Below are positions 1 through 9,952 of a DNA stretch of 64,000 bases, one piece after another. The position numbers and the translations under genes are program-made. The stretch is from a bacterium. GTDB lineage: Bacteria > Patescibacteriota > Minisyncoccia > JAHIHE01. The stretch lies in contig JAUYBG010000006.1 of assembly GCA_030693205.1 (NCBI GenBank), positions 4,015 through 68,014 on the forward strand, given 5' to 3'. How positions within the stretch are numbered: the stretch's first letter is position 1; every line of letters begins with the position of its first letter. The notes under the pieces are model-generated. The model worked only from the letters and a program-made list of their open reading frames with translations. It had not been told where the DNA came from and searched no databases.

Positions 1-1
1 T

Positions 2-3000
2 ATCACGATTATTCCGCCCAGTCCTACCCCGGTTTTAAACAACCCAAGCGCTTATTGTGAAAGTAATAAGTCAAAAATAGCGCTGGAATGGTCCCCTTCC
101 GACAACGCAATTTATTATACTCTTTATCGCAATGGCGCGGCGCTGATCAATTTGTCGAATACTTCTTATGTTGACGCCGGCGTGGAAAGCGGAATCAGTT
201 ACAATTATTTTGTGCGGGCGTATGGAAAAGCAGGAACAAGCACTTCAGCCAGCGATACCAAAAGCATTACGGCGGTAAGCTGTACTCCTCCGGTTGCGCC
301 AACTCTTACCTTAACCAAAAGTTGCAGTGTAAATATGCCTCAAGTCAATCTTTCATGGTCTGTAACCAGCGCCGAGAACATAGTTAATTATGAAATAAAG
401 CGAGGGTTGGCAGCCGGATCTTTGGCAACGAAAGCTATTGTCGACAAATCAGTTTATTCTAAAATTGATAATGATGGAATTAATCCATCCACCGCATATT
501 ATTATCAGATAATTGCCAATAGTGTTATCGGGGTTAATCCTTCTTTTTCTTCCGTCAAATCGATTACTACCGATTCGTGTTTGCCAACCACTCCGGCGGT
601 TACTTTGAGCACTTATTGCGAGAGTGGCAATGCAAAAGTAAAAGTTAGCTGGACATCGGATAAGGCAAATACGGATCATTTTGAAATTTTTAGGCAAGAT
701 CTTAATGGCGGAACTATACCGATTGCGACAGTTGCCCTTGGCGGTACAAGTTATTCGTGGGTGGACACAAATCCTACCGCCCAAACAACAGCGTATAGTT
801 ACAAGGTGGTTGCTGTCGGCCAGTTAAACACCAAAACATCCACTCAAGGATTTAAGCCGATCACAACTTATAACTGCGCTATTCCCAGCGGTTTTACTTT
901 AACTAATCCTCCAAATATTTTTTGCCAAGGTTCATATCCAAGATCTGGTCTGAATTGGTCGCCAAGCAGTAATTCCACGTCTTATGATCTTTTTCGCAAT
1001 CGTTTAAACGCCGATGATTCTGTCGCTGAAACTAATACTTTTATTAACGCAACTTCGCCATATTCGGATATAGGATTCGGTAACGCTTTGAATTTTAATG
1101 GAAGCAGTTCCGTTGATTTTGGATTGACAAGCATGCCGCTTACCGGAGATCTGACCATAGAATTTTGGGCAAATCCATCCAGTGTTTCTTCGCCTTCAAG
1201 GCAAAATCCGATTTGTAAATCTTATGGCGGCGAATTTTGTTTAACTATGGAAATAAGCGGACAGCTTAGCTATTACCATGGTTCAGCGGGCGGCAACAAT
1301 TCGCCATATATGAGTTTTAACACTCCGAATGTTTTTGAAAACAATAAGTGGGTTCATGTGGTTATAACCAGAAATAAAGCAACAAGAACGATGAAATCCT
1401 ACAAGAACGGAAGCCCTGCAAGCTCTGGTACTTGGACGAGCAGTTATGATCCTTCGGTGAGCACATACAATTTATTCGCAGGAGAGGGATATGTTAATAA
1501 TTTTAAAGGATTAATAGACGAGGTCAGGATTTATAACAGGGTTTTAAGCAATACGGAAGCGTTGGAGCATTATGGCGGAATTTATAGCAATGAAAGTAAC
1601 TTGATTGGGTTATGGCATTTTGATGAAGGAAGCGGTCAAACTGTTTCCAATAGTTTTAATAACAGCAATAATGGCGTCTTGGGAGCTAGCATTGCTGTTG
1701 ACCTCGAAGATCCTTCCTGGACAAGCAATGGTTTGCAAACCGGCAATAAATACAATTGGCAAGTCAGGGCAAATGGCCCGGGTGGAGTTGTTTTATCCAA
1801 TCTTACTTCTTCTACAGTAATACCTGTTTGCGAACCGACAAAATTAGGTTTGGAGGCAAATACTTTTTGCCAAGGAAGCGTAAAATCTTCCGTGAGATTA
1901 AAATGGTCTTACTCTATCAATACCGATAAGTATGAAATTTATCGCGACAGCGCATTGATCAAAACGGTTTATAAAGCGGATTCCGAATATTTATCCAGAA
2001 CATGGGATGATAATAATAATGGTTTAGGGCTTAATTCGGGAGTTTCATATTCTTATTATATTAAAGCTGTCGGTCCGACTGGTCTAACCAATCAAAGCAA
2101 TTTTAGATCAGTAAACGCTTTACTCTGTGTTCCTCCGGATACTATTTCCAGCCTGACAGCAACTCCTTCCTGTTCCGGTTCTTATCCGAGAGTAAATCTT
2201 AACTGGGCAGATATTGTGAATACTGATTATTACACGGTTTACAGAAACGGCAGTCCTTTAACGCCCAATGCGACAATTTCGTCTTTTACGGATACAACAG
2301 TGGCGGTTAATACTTATTATACCTATCAAGTAACCGCTTATGGCCCAGGCGGTCCAAGCGAGCCGTCTAATAATGCGATAATTGATCCCGCTGTATCGCT
2401 TAATAATAATTATTGCACGCCTTCCGTGCCTGTAATTACTTCAGTTAACGGAGCTTGTACATCTGGTATTCCTTATAATACGGTTAATTGGTCGGACGCA
2501 ACAACTTATAATACCCAACAATATAAAATTTACAGAAACACTGAAAATAATTTTAGCACGGCGACTCTGACAAGAACTATAGATAAAAGCACGGAACCGG
2601 CGTTATTTAATTCCCGGTCATGGCAAAACTCCGGCCTTTTGGATGATACCGTGTATTATTATTGGATCAAAGCGATTGGTCCGGTGGGCGGGCTGGAAAG
2701 CGCTGTGTCTGTAGTGGCCAGCCGAAGAACCAATATTTGCACTTTACCTTCTGCGCCAAGCATAAGCTTAAGCAACATTTGTTCCAGCTACAATGATCCT
2801 GTTACGGTTTTAAATTGGAATAAAACAGCCAATACTACGGATTATACCATTTATAAAAATACCGTTTTAATGAAGACGATCAATTCGAATAGCAACGGTT
2901 ATATTAAAAATTGGCTGATAATCGGAGGGTTTACATATTCTCACGCGGGGTCTACGCCTACTGCCGCGGAAATCAATACGGCTTTAGCCGCTGATTATTT

Positions 3001-4957
3001 GGGAGGAGAGACAAGTGTAAAGCCGAGAGCGGGAAAAATATATGGCGGGAAAACCTGGTTTGAATATAGCGTGCCGTCAAGCAATCTCACCGATTTTACT
3101 CTTACTTCCGCTCCGATGTCCGCCTTGACTCCAAAAACTTACGCGAGCGCTTATGCTTTTGCTTATTTCTATAGTCCGGTGGCGCAGTCGGCGCAATTAC
3201 GTATTGGCAGCGATGATGGCGTAAAAGCTTTTGTAAACGGAGCGTGGGTTTACACAAATGCAACGCAACGAGGCGCTTCTCCTGATCAGGATACTAAAAA
3301 TATTAATCTTATCGCGGGAATCAATACTTTATTGATAAAAGTCCAGCAAGGAACGAGCGGCTGGGGTTTGTACGCGCGTATTACGGATGCGAGCGGCAAT
3401 GATATTTTAAATAATATTACCGCCTGGGACTCGGCAGCCGCGACAGGCGTAAGCAAGGATTATAATGTCTCTTCGATCGGTCCCGGGGGAACAAGCATTC
3501 CCACATCCAACATGGCAAGTTCCGCTCCGCTGAATTGCAATCCCTTAACGCCGGAGGTGACTTTAACGTCCGGATGCGATGGCGCTAATACGCAAATGAC
3601 TGTTTCTTGGCTTGCCGATTCGAATACTTATTATTGGAATATTTATAAGAAACGCAGCACAGACGTGAGCTTTATATTATTAAATCCTCCGGGAAGTATT
3701 GCCAGTTCTTCCTATGTGGATATGAATGTGGCAAGCAACGTCAGTTATGATTATTTTGTCAGGGCTTTTGGCAGCGGTGGAATAACCCGAACTTCGGATA
3801 TACAGACTGCGCTTGTTTTAACTTGCTATAACGCACCGATAAAACCGGTAATTGCAACTGCGCCGCAATGCGCCGGAATGACTTCGAGAATAAATATAAT
3901 ATGGTCGCCATACGATAATACCAAAACACTTTCATTCAATGTTCTTCGCAAAGATATTACAGCGGGCGAATCGGGTTACGCTAATATTTTTGAAAATCTA
4001 TCGCCGTCTTCCATAACAGAATATTCCGATGGCAGTGTTATCACCGGACATACCTATTCATATAGAATTGAAGCGGTTGGGTCAGGCGTGGATAATCATG
4101 CAATTTCGGACATAACTCCCGCCGGTGAAGGCGAGGCAATTGATTGCCTAAATACTCCTCCTTTTGATCCCCCGACACTGAATCTTAATTTTTCTGCCTA
4201 TACTGTTGTAACTGGCGGTTCGGTCTCATTAAGGTGGACAGATACTCAAAATGAAACTAAATATAAAGTTTTCAGAAGGATTAAGGGCGAGACGGAATTT
4301 GCTTATCAAAAACAAAATGGCTGGCTGGATTATTTAAAAAGTATTTTTGGAAAAATATCCAATGCGGCTTATGATAATCCTGTTGTAATAATGCTTGCGG
4401 GCGTAGATTATGTCGATCCTCCGATTTCCGGTCTCGTTAATTATATTGATAATACGGTTAGCGAAAATAGAACATATGAGTATCAAATTTTAGCCATAAA
4501 TAATGCGGGCGGCGGCGATGCGGGCATAACTTATTCAAACATTATTTCTCCTGTTTATGTTCCGATCGCGCCGCCTGTCGCTTCCGTGGTTTCTTCCGCC
4601 GTTTTTGGTCCGGGGAAAACCAGGATTCATTGGGTGCGGCCAAACCCGACGCTGGGTAATGAATATACGAATGCCGGAAAACCCCCGTTGTATGAAGTTC
4701 AAAGATCATCCACTCGAGATTTTATTGCCGGCACTTTTTCCGTTCTCGGTACAATATGTTCGGATATTATCAATAATGGTCCGGCGCGCGCATGCGGAAC
4801 AGAAGTTCTTGATGCCGAATTAGAATATATTGACAATAATGCTTCCGTGGCGGAAAAATATTATCGAGTTATAACCGAAAATTACGGCGGAAGAGCGGCG
4901 TCCACGTCTATCGTCGGTTATTCTAATTTGAAATGGAAAGAAGTGATACCGAGATAA
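2..4957 (+). CDS. Giant secreted/surface protein, 5' partial (the frame is open back to the window start). It has at least 12 FN3/Ig-like ~95-aa modules plus a LamG (concanavalin-A-like lectin) domain and a PA14 domain.
   Basis: The 1601-aa ORF continues upstream without a stop. Repeated modules carry a conserved C...NW...Y.IYRN...YYY..A.G pattern. A LamG-like segment is LTGDLTIEFWANP...VDEVRIYNRVLS. A PA14-like segment is GGFTYSHAGS...LRIGSDDGVKAFVNGAWVY. A hairpin terminator follows at 5016-5048. Confidence 0.75.
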   Translation: MTIIPPSPTPVLNNPSAYCESNKSKIALEWSPSDNAIYYTLYRNGAALINLSNTSYVDAGVESGISYNYFVRAYGKAGTSTSASDTKSITAVSCTPPVAPTLTLTKSCSVNMPQVNLSWSVTSAENIVNYEIKRGLAAGSLATKAIVDKSVYSKIDNDGINPSTAYYYQIIANSVIGVNPSFSSVKSITTDSCLPTTPAVTLSTYCESGNAKVKVSWTSDKANTDHFEIFRQDLNGGTIPIATVALGGTSYSWVDTNPTAQTTAYSYKVVAVGQLNTKTSTQGFKPITTYNCAIPSGFTLTNPPNIFCQGSYPRSGLNWSPSSNSTSYDLFRNRLNADDSVAETNTFINATSPYSDIGFGNALNFNGSSSVDFGLTSMPLTGDLTIEFWANPSSVSSPSRQNPICKSYGGEFCLTMEISGQLSYYHGSAGGNNSPYMSFNTPNVFENNKWVHVVITRNKATRTMKSYKNGSPASSGTWTSSYDPSVSTYNLFAGEGYVNNFKGLIDEVRIYNRVLSNTEALEHYGGIYSNESNLIGLWHFDEGSGQTVSNSFNNSNNGVLGASIAVDLEDPSWTSNGLQTGNKYNWQVRANGPGGVVLSNLTSSTVIPVCEPTKLGLEANTFCQGSVKSSVRLKWSYSINTDKYEIYRDSALIKTVYKADSEYLSRTWDDNNNGLGLNSGVSYSYYIKAVGPTGLTNQSNFRSVNALLCVPPDTISSLTATPSCSGSYPRVNLNWADIVNTDYYTVYRNGSPLTPNATISSFTDTTVAVNTYYTYQVTAYGPGGPSEPSNNAIIDPAVSLNNNYCTPSVPVITSVNGACTSGIPYNTVNWSDATTYNTQQYKIYRNTENNFSTATLTRTIDKSTEPALFNSRSWQNSGLLDDTVYYYWIKAIGPVGGLESAVSVVASRRTNICTLPSAPSISLSNICSSYNDPVTVLNWNKTANTTDYTIYKNTVLMKTINSNSNGYIKNWLIIGGFTYSHAGSTPTAAEINTALAADYLGGETSVKPRAGKIYGGKTWFEYSVPSSNLTDFTLTSAPMSALTPKTYASAYAFAYFYSPVAQSAQLRIGSDDGVKAFVNGAWVYTNATQRGASPDQDTKNINLIAGINTLLIKVQQGTSGWGLYARITDASGNDILNNITAWDSAAATGVSKDYNVSSIGPGGTSIPTSNMASSAPLNCNPLTPEVTLTSGCDGANTQMTVSWLADSNTYYWNIYKKRSTDVSFILLNPPGSIASSSYVDMNVASNVSYDYFVRAFGSGGITRTSDIQTALVLTCYNAPIKPVIATAPQCAGMTSRINIIWSPYDNTKTLSFNVLRKDITAGESGYANIFENLSPSSITEYSDGSVITGHTYSYRIEAVGSGVDNHAISDITPAGEGEAIDCLNTPPFDPPTLNLNFSAYTVVTGGSVSLRWTDTQNETKYKVFRRIKGETEFAYQKQNGWLDYLKSIFGKISNAAYDNPVVIMLAGVDYVDPPISGLVNYIDNTVSENRTYEYQILAINNAGGGDAGITYSNIISPVYVPIAPPVASVVSSAVFGPGKTRIHWVRPNPTLGNEYTNAGKPPLYEVQRSSTRDFIAGTFSVLGTICSDIINNGPARACGTEVLDAELEYIDNNASVAEKYYRVITENYGGRAASTSIVGYSNLKWKEVIPR

Positions 4958-5015
4958 GAAAAAGCTGAAAGCTCGAAGCGGGGCATTGAAAAAAATATAA
5001 TAAAGAGTATAATTA

Positions 5016-5048
5016 AAACAGTAAGAAATTTACTGTTTTAATTTATTC
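5016..5048 (+). terminator. Rho-independent terminator after the giant surface-protein gene.
   Basis: 9-bp stem aaacagtaa/ttactgttt with a 5-nt loop, followed by a T-rich tract. Confidence 0.55.
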
Positions 5049-5050
5049 AT

Positions 5051-5341
5051 ATGAAATTAACCGGCTTAGAAGTGCAGCGTATCGCTGATTTAGCCAGGAT
5101 TGAGTTGACCGGCCGAGAAAAAGAAAAATATGCCGAAGAGCTTTCGGCGGTTTTAGGTTTTATTGAACAGCTGTCAAAAGTGAATACCGATAATGTTGTT
5201 CCGACCAGTCAGGTTACCGGTTTGGTTAATGTTGTCCGGGAAGATAAGACGGAGGATTGCAACGAAGACACTCGTAAACAGATCTTTAAGGCCGCGCCGC
5301 TGGCAGAAGGGGAATATTTTAAAGTTAAGGCGGTGTTATAG
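5051..5341 (+). CDS. gatC: Asp/Glu-tRNA(Asn/Gln) amidotransferase subunit C.
   Basis: 96 aa with the GatC signature (LARLEL..EE.EK.....IL..VE.L..V.T..V.PT). Confidence 0.8.
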   Translation: MKLTGLEVQRIADLARIELTGREKEKYAEELSAVLGFIEQLSKVNTDNVVPTSQVTGLVNVVREDKTEDCNEDTRKQIFKAAPLAEGEYFKVKAVL

Positions 5342-5352
5342 AAAATAAAATT

Positions 5353-5427
5353 GATTTATGAAATATGATTTAAGATTTATGAATAATTATAATTTTCCCG
5401 TAAATCGTAAATCGTAAATCGTAAATC
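5353..5427. repeat. Heptamer-built palindromic intergenic element, copy 1. The left arm gatttatgaaatatgatttaagatttatgaat is followed by a spacer and then a gtaaatc x4 tandem.
   Basis: The left arm is near-identical to the 34-bp arms at 12337 and 36621. The right arm is the reverse-complement heptamers (taaatcN) and can pair with the left arm. Confidence 0.7.
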
Positions 5428-5575
5428 TGAGCAATTCTTTTGCGGTTTCAATGTATTTATCCGAATTAATCCCCCACCCATGTAATAAAATAATTGGAAT
5501 ATTTCCATCGCCAATTTGTTTATAATTTACATTCAAATCGTCAATTTTAATTTGTTTTTCCTGCATATTTAACAT
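5387..5575 (-). pseudogene. N-terminal remnant of an alpha/beta-hydrolase. Its reading frame runs into the heptamer repeat element.
   Basis: Only 62 aa, with the alpha/beta-hydrolase N-terminal motif IPIILLHGWG. The C-terminal residues (DLRFT DLRFT) are translated from the gtaaatc tandem, so the rest of the gene is missing. Confidence 0.55.
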
Positions 5576-5579
5576 ACAT

Positions 5580-5987
5580 CTACTTTTTTCTCAACTTCGA
5601 CGACTTATATATTTCCGGATGAAAAGGGTTTAATTTAATTATTTGCGTCTTGACAAGGTCAAACGCAGTCAATTTTTCCTTTAACTCTTCAAGCATTACT
5701 TCCTGATCATATCCTAAACAAATCATATCTGGTTTGTATTTCTGAATCACTTTATATTTATCATCCAAATCTCCCAAAACTACCAAATCTGCTAATTTGC
5801 TTTCGGATATTGTTTTTTGCCTGGCAAGCTCATTATTTTTTAGCAACCCGCTTTTTACCTTAAAAACATTCTTGTCTCTGGCAACAATAATAATTAAAAA
5901 GTCTCCGTATTCTTTGGCCTGCCTCAAAAAATCCCTGTGACCCTCGTGGAATATATCAAATGTCCCAAACACCATTACTTTTTTCAT
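5580..5987 (-). CDS. Cytidylyltransferase-like nucleotidyltransferase (TagD / RfaE domain-II family).
   Basis: FGTFDIFHEGH is an HxGH nucleotidyltransferase motif. The ~135-aa size matches glycerol-3-phosphate cytidylyltransferase-like proteins. It overlaps the lysS start by 4 nt. Confidence 0.6.
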   Translation of the reverse strand: MKKVMVFGTFDIFHEGHRDFLRQAKEYGDFLIIIVARDKNVFKVKSGLLKNNELARQKTISESKLADLVVLGDLDDKYKVIQKYKPDMICLGYDQEVMLEELKEKLTAFDLVKTQIIKLNPFHPEIYKSSKLRKK

Positions 5988-7447
5988 TTCTTTATCTTAA
6001 TTTCTTTCGGTCGCATCAATGGAAATATCTGACATTCTTTAATCGGCTTATCCATTAAAAAAGAAAATAATCGTTCACTGAAGCCATGTCCGCAAGTCGG
6101 CGGCATACCGTATTCCAGCGCTTCAACAAAATCATAATCTGCCATTTGCGCTTCTTTGTCGCCGGCATCTCGAAGTTTTTGTTGATTTTCAAATCTTTCT
6201 CTTTGATCGACTGGATCATTAAGTTCGCTATACCCTTGGCCGACTTCCGAGCCAGCAATAATAAAATGGAATCTCTCGGTAATATTTGGATTGCTCGACA
6301 ATACTTTTGCTAATGGAGAAGTAAATTTTGGTTCATTAATCAATATAGCGGGTCCCCCGATATTTTTACGGCAATATTTCCATAACGCATCCACCATACG
6401 GACGCGATTATTTGCTTCTGATTTAATTTTCAATTCGTATAATTTTTCCTGTATTTTTTTATCATTATCTTGCCAAATATCTATGCCTGTTTCTTTTTTG
6501 ACAGTTTCGGTATAATCAATAATTGGCCAATCGGCGCCCAAATCAACATCAAATCCTCTAATTTTGAATCCAAGGGTGCCAAAAGTTTTTTGCGCCACAA
6601 AACGATAGCAATCACGTAAAAATTTATACATATCTTCAAAGTTTCCGTATGCCCAATATGCTTCGCATTGAGTATAGTCTTGAAGATGTTCGGTAGATAC
6701 TCCCTCGTTTCTAAAAATCCTGCCTATTTCAAATGTTTTTTCAAAGCCAGCCACCATCAAACGTTTTTGCCATAATTCGCCGGCAGAGATGCGTAAATAG
6801 ACATCCGTATCAAAAGCGCTATGATGGGTTACAAAAGGATTAGCGTCAGCACCGCCGGTTGTATTTTCTAAAACAGGAGTTTCTACCTCTAAAAATCCGC
6901 GCTGCAAATGAAATTCTCGAACAGCATTCCAAAATACAGACTTTTTTTTAATCATCTCTTTAATTTCCGGATTAAATAAAATATCTAAATATCTTTTTCT
7001 CAGTCTTTCTTCCTCGTCCTGAAGCCCATGCCATTTTTCCGGCAAAGGCAAAAGTGATTTTGCCAAAATCCTGCAATTGGAAACCAAAAGGGTTTTTTCG
7101 CCCTTTTTTGTCGTAAAAATTTTTCCCGTAGCCTCAATAAAATCACCGACATCAAAATATCCGATCAAGTCCCATTGCGACGGAATAAGATCGTCTTTCT
7201 TGAAATAAATTTGAAAACTGCCCGAATCATCAGCGATATTGGCAAATATGGATCCTCCGTGACCCCGAATCGCCATTAACCGGCCGGCAAGGATGATCTC
7301 GGCTGATTCCTTTTCAAGTTTTTCCGCGTTTAAAATTGCTTCATTTGTTTTATGAGATCTCGCGGTTTTAGCCGGATATGGATCAATCCCGGCTTCAGCT
7401 ATTTTTTTCATTTTTTCCAAACGTACGCCGCGAATTTTATTAATCAC
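5984..7447 (-). CDS. lysS: Lysyl-tRNA synthetase, class II.
   Basis: 487 aa with an N-terminal anticodon-binding OB region and class II motifs (FRNEG..., GGADANPF...). There is overall LysRS colinearity. Confidence 0.85.
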   Translation of the reverse strand: MINKIRGVRLEKMKKIAEAGIDPYPAKTARSHKTNEAILNAEKLEKESAEIILAGRLMAIRGHGGSIFANIADDSGSFQIYFKKDDLIPSQWDLIGYFDVGDFIEATGKIFTTKKGEKTLLVSNCRILAKSLLPLPEKWHGLQDEEERLRKRYLDILFNPEIKEMIKKKSVFWNAVREFHLQRGFLEVETPVLENTTGGADANPFVTHHSAFDTDVYLRISAGELWQKRLMVAGFEKTFEIGRIFRNEGVSTEHLQDYTQCEAYWAYGNFEDMYKFLRDCYRFVAQKTFGTLGFKIRGFDVDLGADWPIIDYTETVKKETGIDIWQDNDKKIQEKLYELKIKSEANNRVRMVDALWKYCRKNIGGPAILINEPKFTSPLAKVLSSNPNITERFHFIIAGSEVGQGYSELNDPVDQRERFENQQKLRDAGDKEAQMADYDFVEALEYGMPPTCGHGFSERLFSFLMDKPIKECQIFPLMRPKEIKIKK

Positions 7448-7452
7448 AATAT

Positions 7453-7911
7453 TTAAATTATTTTTATTATTTTATACATATTCATTCCTTTGGGAGTTTT
7501 TACGGCTACTTTATCGCCGATCTTCTTGCCCAAAAAAGCGGCGCCAAGAGGAGATTCATTGGAGATCTTGCCGATAACCGGATTTGATTCATTGCGTCCC
7601 ACAATTGTGAAATTATGGCTTCCAGTGCCATTTTCCGCCTCTATGGTGGAACCGATCTGCACCACTCCGATTTTCTTTGGCTCCTCGATAATTGACGATT
7701 CTTTTAACATTTTTTCTATTTCTCCAACTCTTATTTCAGATTCCGCTTTTGCGTCTTTGGCTGCGGAATACTCGGCATTTTCACTCAAATCTCCAAGCTC
7801 TTTTGCCTCATGAATACGCCGGGCAATTTCTTGTCTTTTGGTGGTTTTTAAATAATCCAGCTCTTCTTTTAATTTCTTGAAGCCTTCTTCGGTTAAATAG
7901 GTTTTCGCCAT
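7453..7911 (-). CDS. greA: Transcription elongation factor GreA.
   Basis: 152 aa. The N-terminal coiled-coil LTEEGFKKLKEELDYLK...GDLSENAEY is characteristic of GreA. Confidence 0.85.
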   Translation of the reverse strand: MAKTYLTEEGFKKLKEELDYLKTTKRQEIARRIHEAKELGDLSENAEYSAAKDAKAESEIRVGEIEKMLKESSIIEEPKKIGVVQIGSTIEAENGTGSHNFTIVGRNESNPVIGKISNESPLGAAFLGKKIGDKVAVKTPKGMNMYKIIKII

Positions 7912-8026
7912 ATAAATATAATTTTATTGATTAAACTATGGTTTAAAAAAAATAGCGCTCCCGGAAGCAATACATGCCTATATATTAGCTTATTCGCGAA
8001 TTCATGTCAAACCTCATATTTTTATG

Positions 8027-9952
8027 CTATTTATCCTCAAAATACCAGCTCAAAACATCTTTTGCGACCGGAACCGCGTTTATACCGCCTTCTCCTCCAC
8101 CTTCTATTAAAATCGTTAGAACAATTTCCGGATCATCATATGGAGCAAAAGCCGTAAACCACGCGTGAGTCTTACCCGCATTGCCATATTCAGCGGTGCC
8201 GGTTTTTCCGGCTACTTTTACTTTTACATCCCTAAGCGATCCGCCTGACCCGCTCACGACAACCTCCCGCATACCGTCGCGGATAATATTAATATATTTT
8301 TGTTCGGCAATATTATCGTTAATTATCTGAGGCGCGAATTCTTTTGTTACACTGCCATCCTCGCTTGAAATTATTTTATCAACCAAATAAGGCTTGTAAA
8401 GCGTTCCACTATTGGCAAATACCGATGTCCATAAAGCGACTTGAAGCGGCGTAGTCAGAAGATAGCCTTGTCCAATAGAAATATGGTAGGTATTGCCGAT
8501 GGTCCATGGTTCATTCTTGCCTATATTGGCCAGTTTCCACTCTTTGGTCGGCACAAGGCCATTGGATTCATTGGGCAGATCAATGCCAAGTTTTTTTCCT
8601 AAATTAAACTTCCAAAAATATTCATCTATTTTTTCCACGCCAAGTCCGTTAAAATTTCCAAATCCTCCGCCAACCGTATAAAAGAAAATGTCCGAAGATT
8701 GCGCCATTGCGGAAATGATATTCATTGGCCCCAAACCTGAACGATTCCAACCATAAAAATCTTGATTATAAGCAGTGATCACGCCGCGATCTTCGATGAT
8801 CGTATTTTTATTTATAATTCCTTCGGATAGCGCAGCCGTGCCCATTACCGGTTTTATGGTCGAGCCCGGCGGATAAGTGCCGGATATTGCGCGATCAAAC
8901 ATCGGACTGAGCGGATCCTGGAAAATAGCGCTTATTTTATTTTTATTCGCGGGGTCCGCAAAAATATTATTATCATACGCCGGCAAACTCACCAATGCCA
9001 AAATTTTTCCATTCCGGGGATCCATCGCGATCGCTGCCGCGGCGCCGTTATTCTTTTCTTTAATTTTTATTTTTTTGGACATCTCGGCTAAAGTATCCTG
9101 AAGTTTTTTTTGCAAGTTTCCGTCTAAAGAAAGAATTAAATTACCGCCAGTTTTGGTTTCGGTTTTATTTAAAGTGAAAATAACTCGCCCGTTGGCATCA
9201 ATTTCCAAACTTTCTTTTCCTTTTTCGCCGCGCAAATATTTTTCATAATAAGCCTCAAGGCCTCCTTTCCCGATAAAATCGGCTGTTTCATAAGAATCAT
9301 CCGAACTTAGATCTTTTTGATTGACGCGTCCCGTATAACCGATTATATTTGAAAAATATTTCGCGTCCGGATACTCCCGTATAGCATTATTTTTTATTTC
9401 AAAACCGGGTATTTTTTCACCCAAAGATTCAATCGCCATCGCGCTCGTAATATCCAAATTATCCAGTATAAGTTCTGCTTTATAAGACGTACGGTCAATT
9501 TTTTCTAAATTACCACTGATCTCAGCGGGATCTCTTTTGGTAATTTTCGCGATATTTTCTACGATTTGCTTTAATTCATTTGCGTCGCGAGTAACCTCTT
9601 TGGGAATTGCCACTAAATCAAAGATCGCTTTATTTTTAACTAAAAAATTTTTATTTTTATCATAAATAATTCCCCTGTCAGCGTGGAAAGTAACTTCTTT
9701 TAAACGGTTATTTTCGGCTAAAATAGCAAAATTATTCGCGTCAATAACCTGAAGCTTGAATGTCTGCAAACTTAATACTCCGATCAAAACAATAATAATA
9801 GATATCGTGAATTTTGAATAAACACTAACCCGCTCGTTGCTGCCTAATATTTTTTCACCGCTATTGTGAATAAAAGGAGTAGTCTCTTCAAACTCCAAGT
9901 CGCTTGAAGTTTTTTTCTTAAGACGATATTTTGATGTTCCGGGCAAAACCAT
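8027..9952 (-). CDS. mrdA: Penicillin-binding protein 2 (transpeptidase).
   Basis: 641 aa with an N-terminal TM helix. Transpeptidase motifs are STIKP (SxxK), SSD (SxN) and KTGT. It sits downstream of mreBCD. Confidence 0.8.
   Translation of the reverse strand: MVLPGTSKYRLKKKTSSDLEFEETTPFIHNSGEKILGSNERVSVYSKFTISIIIVLIGVLSLQTFKLQVIDANNFAILAENNRLKEVTFHADRGIIYDKNKNFLVKNKAIFDLVAIPKEVTRDANELKQIVENIAKITKRDPAEISGNLEKIDRTSYKAELILDNLDITSAMAIESLGEKIPGFEIKNNAIREYPDAKYFSNIIGYTGRVNQKDLSSDDSYETADFIGKGGLEAYYEKYLRGEKGKESLEIDANGRVIFTLNKTETKTGGNLILSLDGNLQKKLQDTLAEMSKKIKIKEKNNGAAAAIAMDPRNGKILALVSLPAYDNNIFADPANKNKISAIFQDPLSPMFDRAISGTYPPGSTIKPVMGTAALSEGIINKNTIIEDRGVITAYNQDFYGWNRSGLGPMNIISAMAQSSDIFFYTVGGGFGNFNGLGVEKIDEYFWKFNLGKKLGIDLPNESNGLVPTKEWKLANIGKNEPWTIGNTYHISIGQGYLLTTPLQVALWTSVFANSGTLYKPYLVDKIISSEDGSVTKEFAPQIINDNIAEQKYINIIRDGMREVVVSGSGGSLRDVKVKVAGKTGTAEYGNAGKTHAWFTAFAPYDDPEIVLTILIEGGGEGGINAVPVAKDVLSWYFEDK

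Noticed and set aside
449-4823. Short ORFs inside or antisense to the giant surface-protein gene (449-784 minus, 1605-1820 plus, 4557-4823 plus). Similar antisense ORFs lie inside lysS, mrdA, proS, alaS, murC, the helicase and others.
   Set aside because: They are fully embedded in long ORFs with clear homology on the other strand or frame, have low-complexity composition and no RBS. They are treated as six-frame noise.
5400-5427. The tandem gtaaatc x4 (and cgtatat x3 at 12401-12421; gggattt x4 at 45012-45040) considered as a possible CRISPR array.
   Set aside because: Units are 7 bp with no spacers and no 20-40 bp repeat/spacer periodicity. They are microsatellite-like parts of the palindromic elements. 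No cas genes are in the window.
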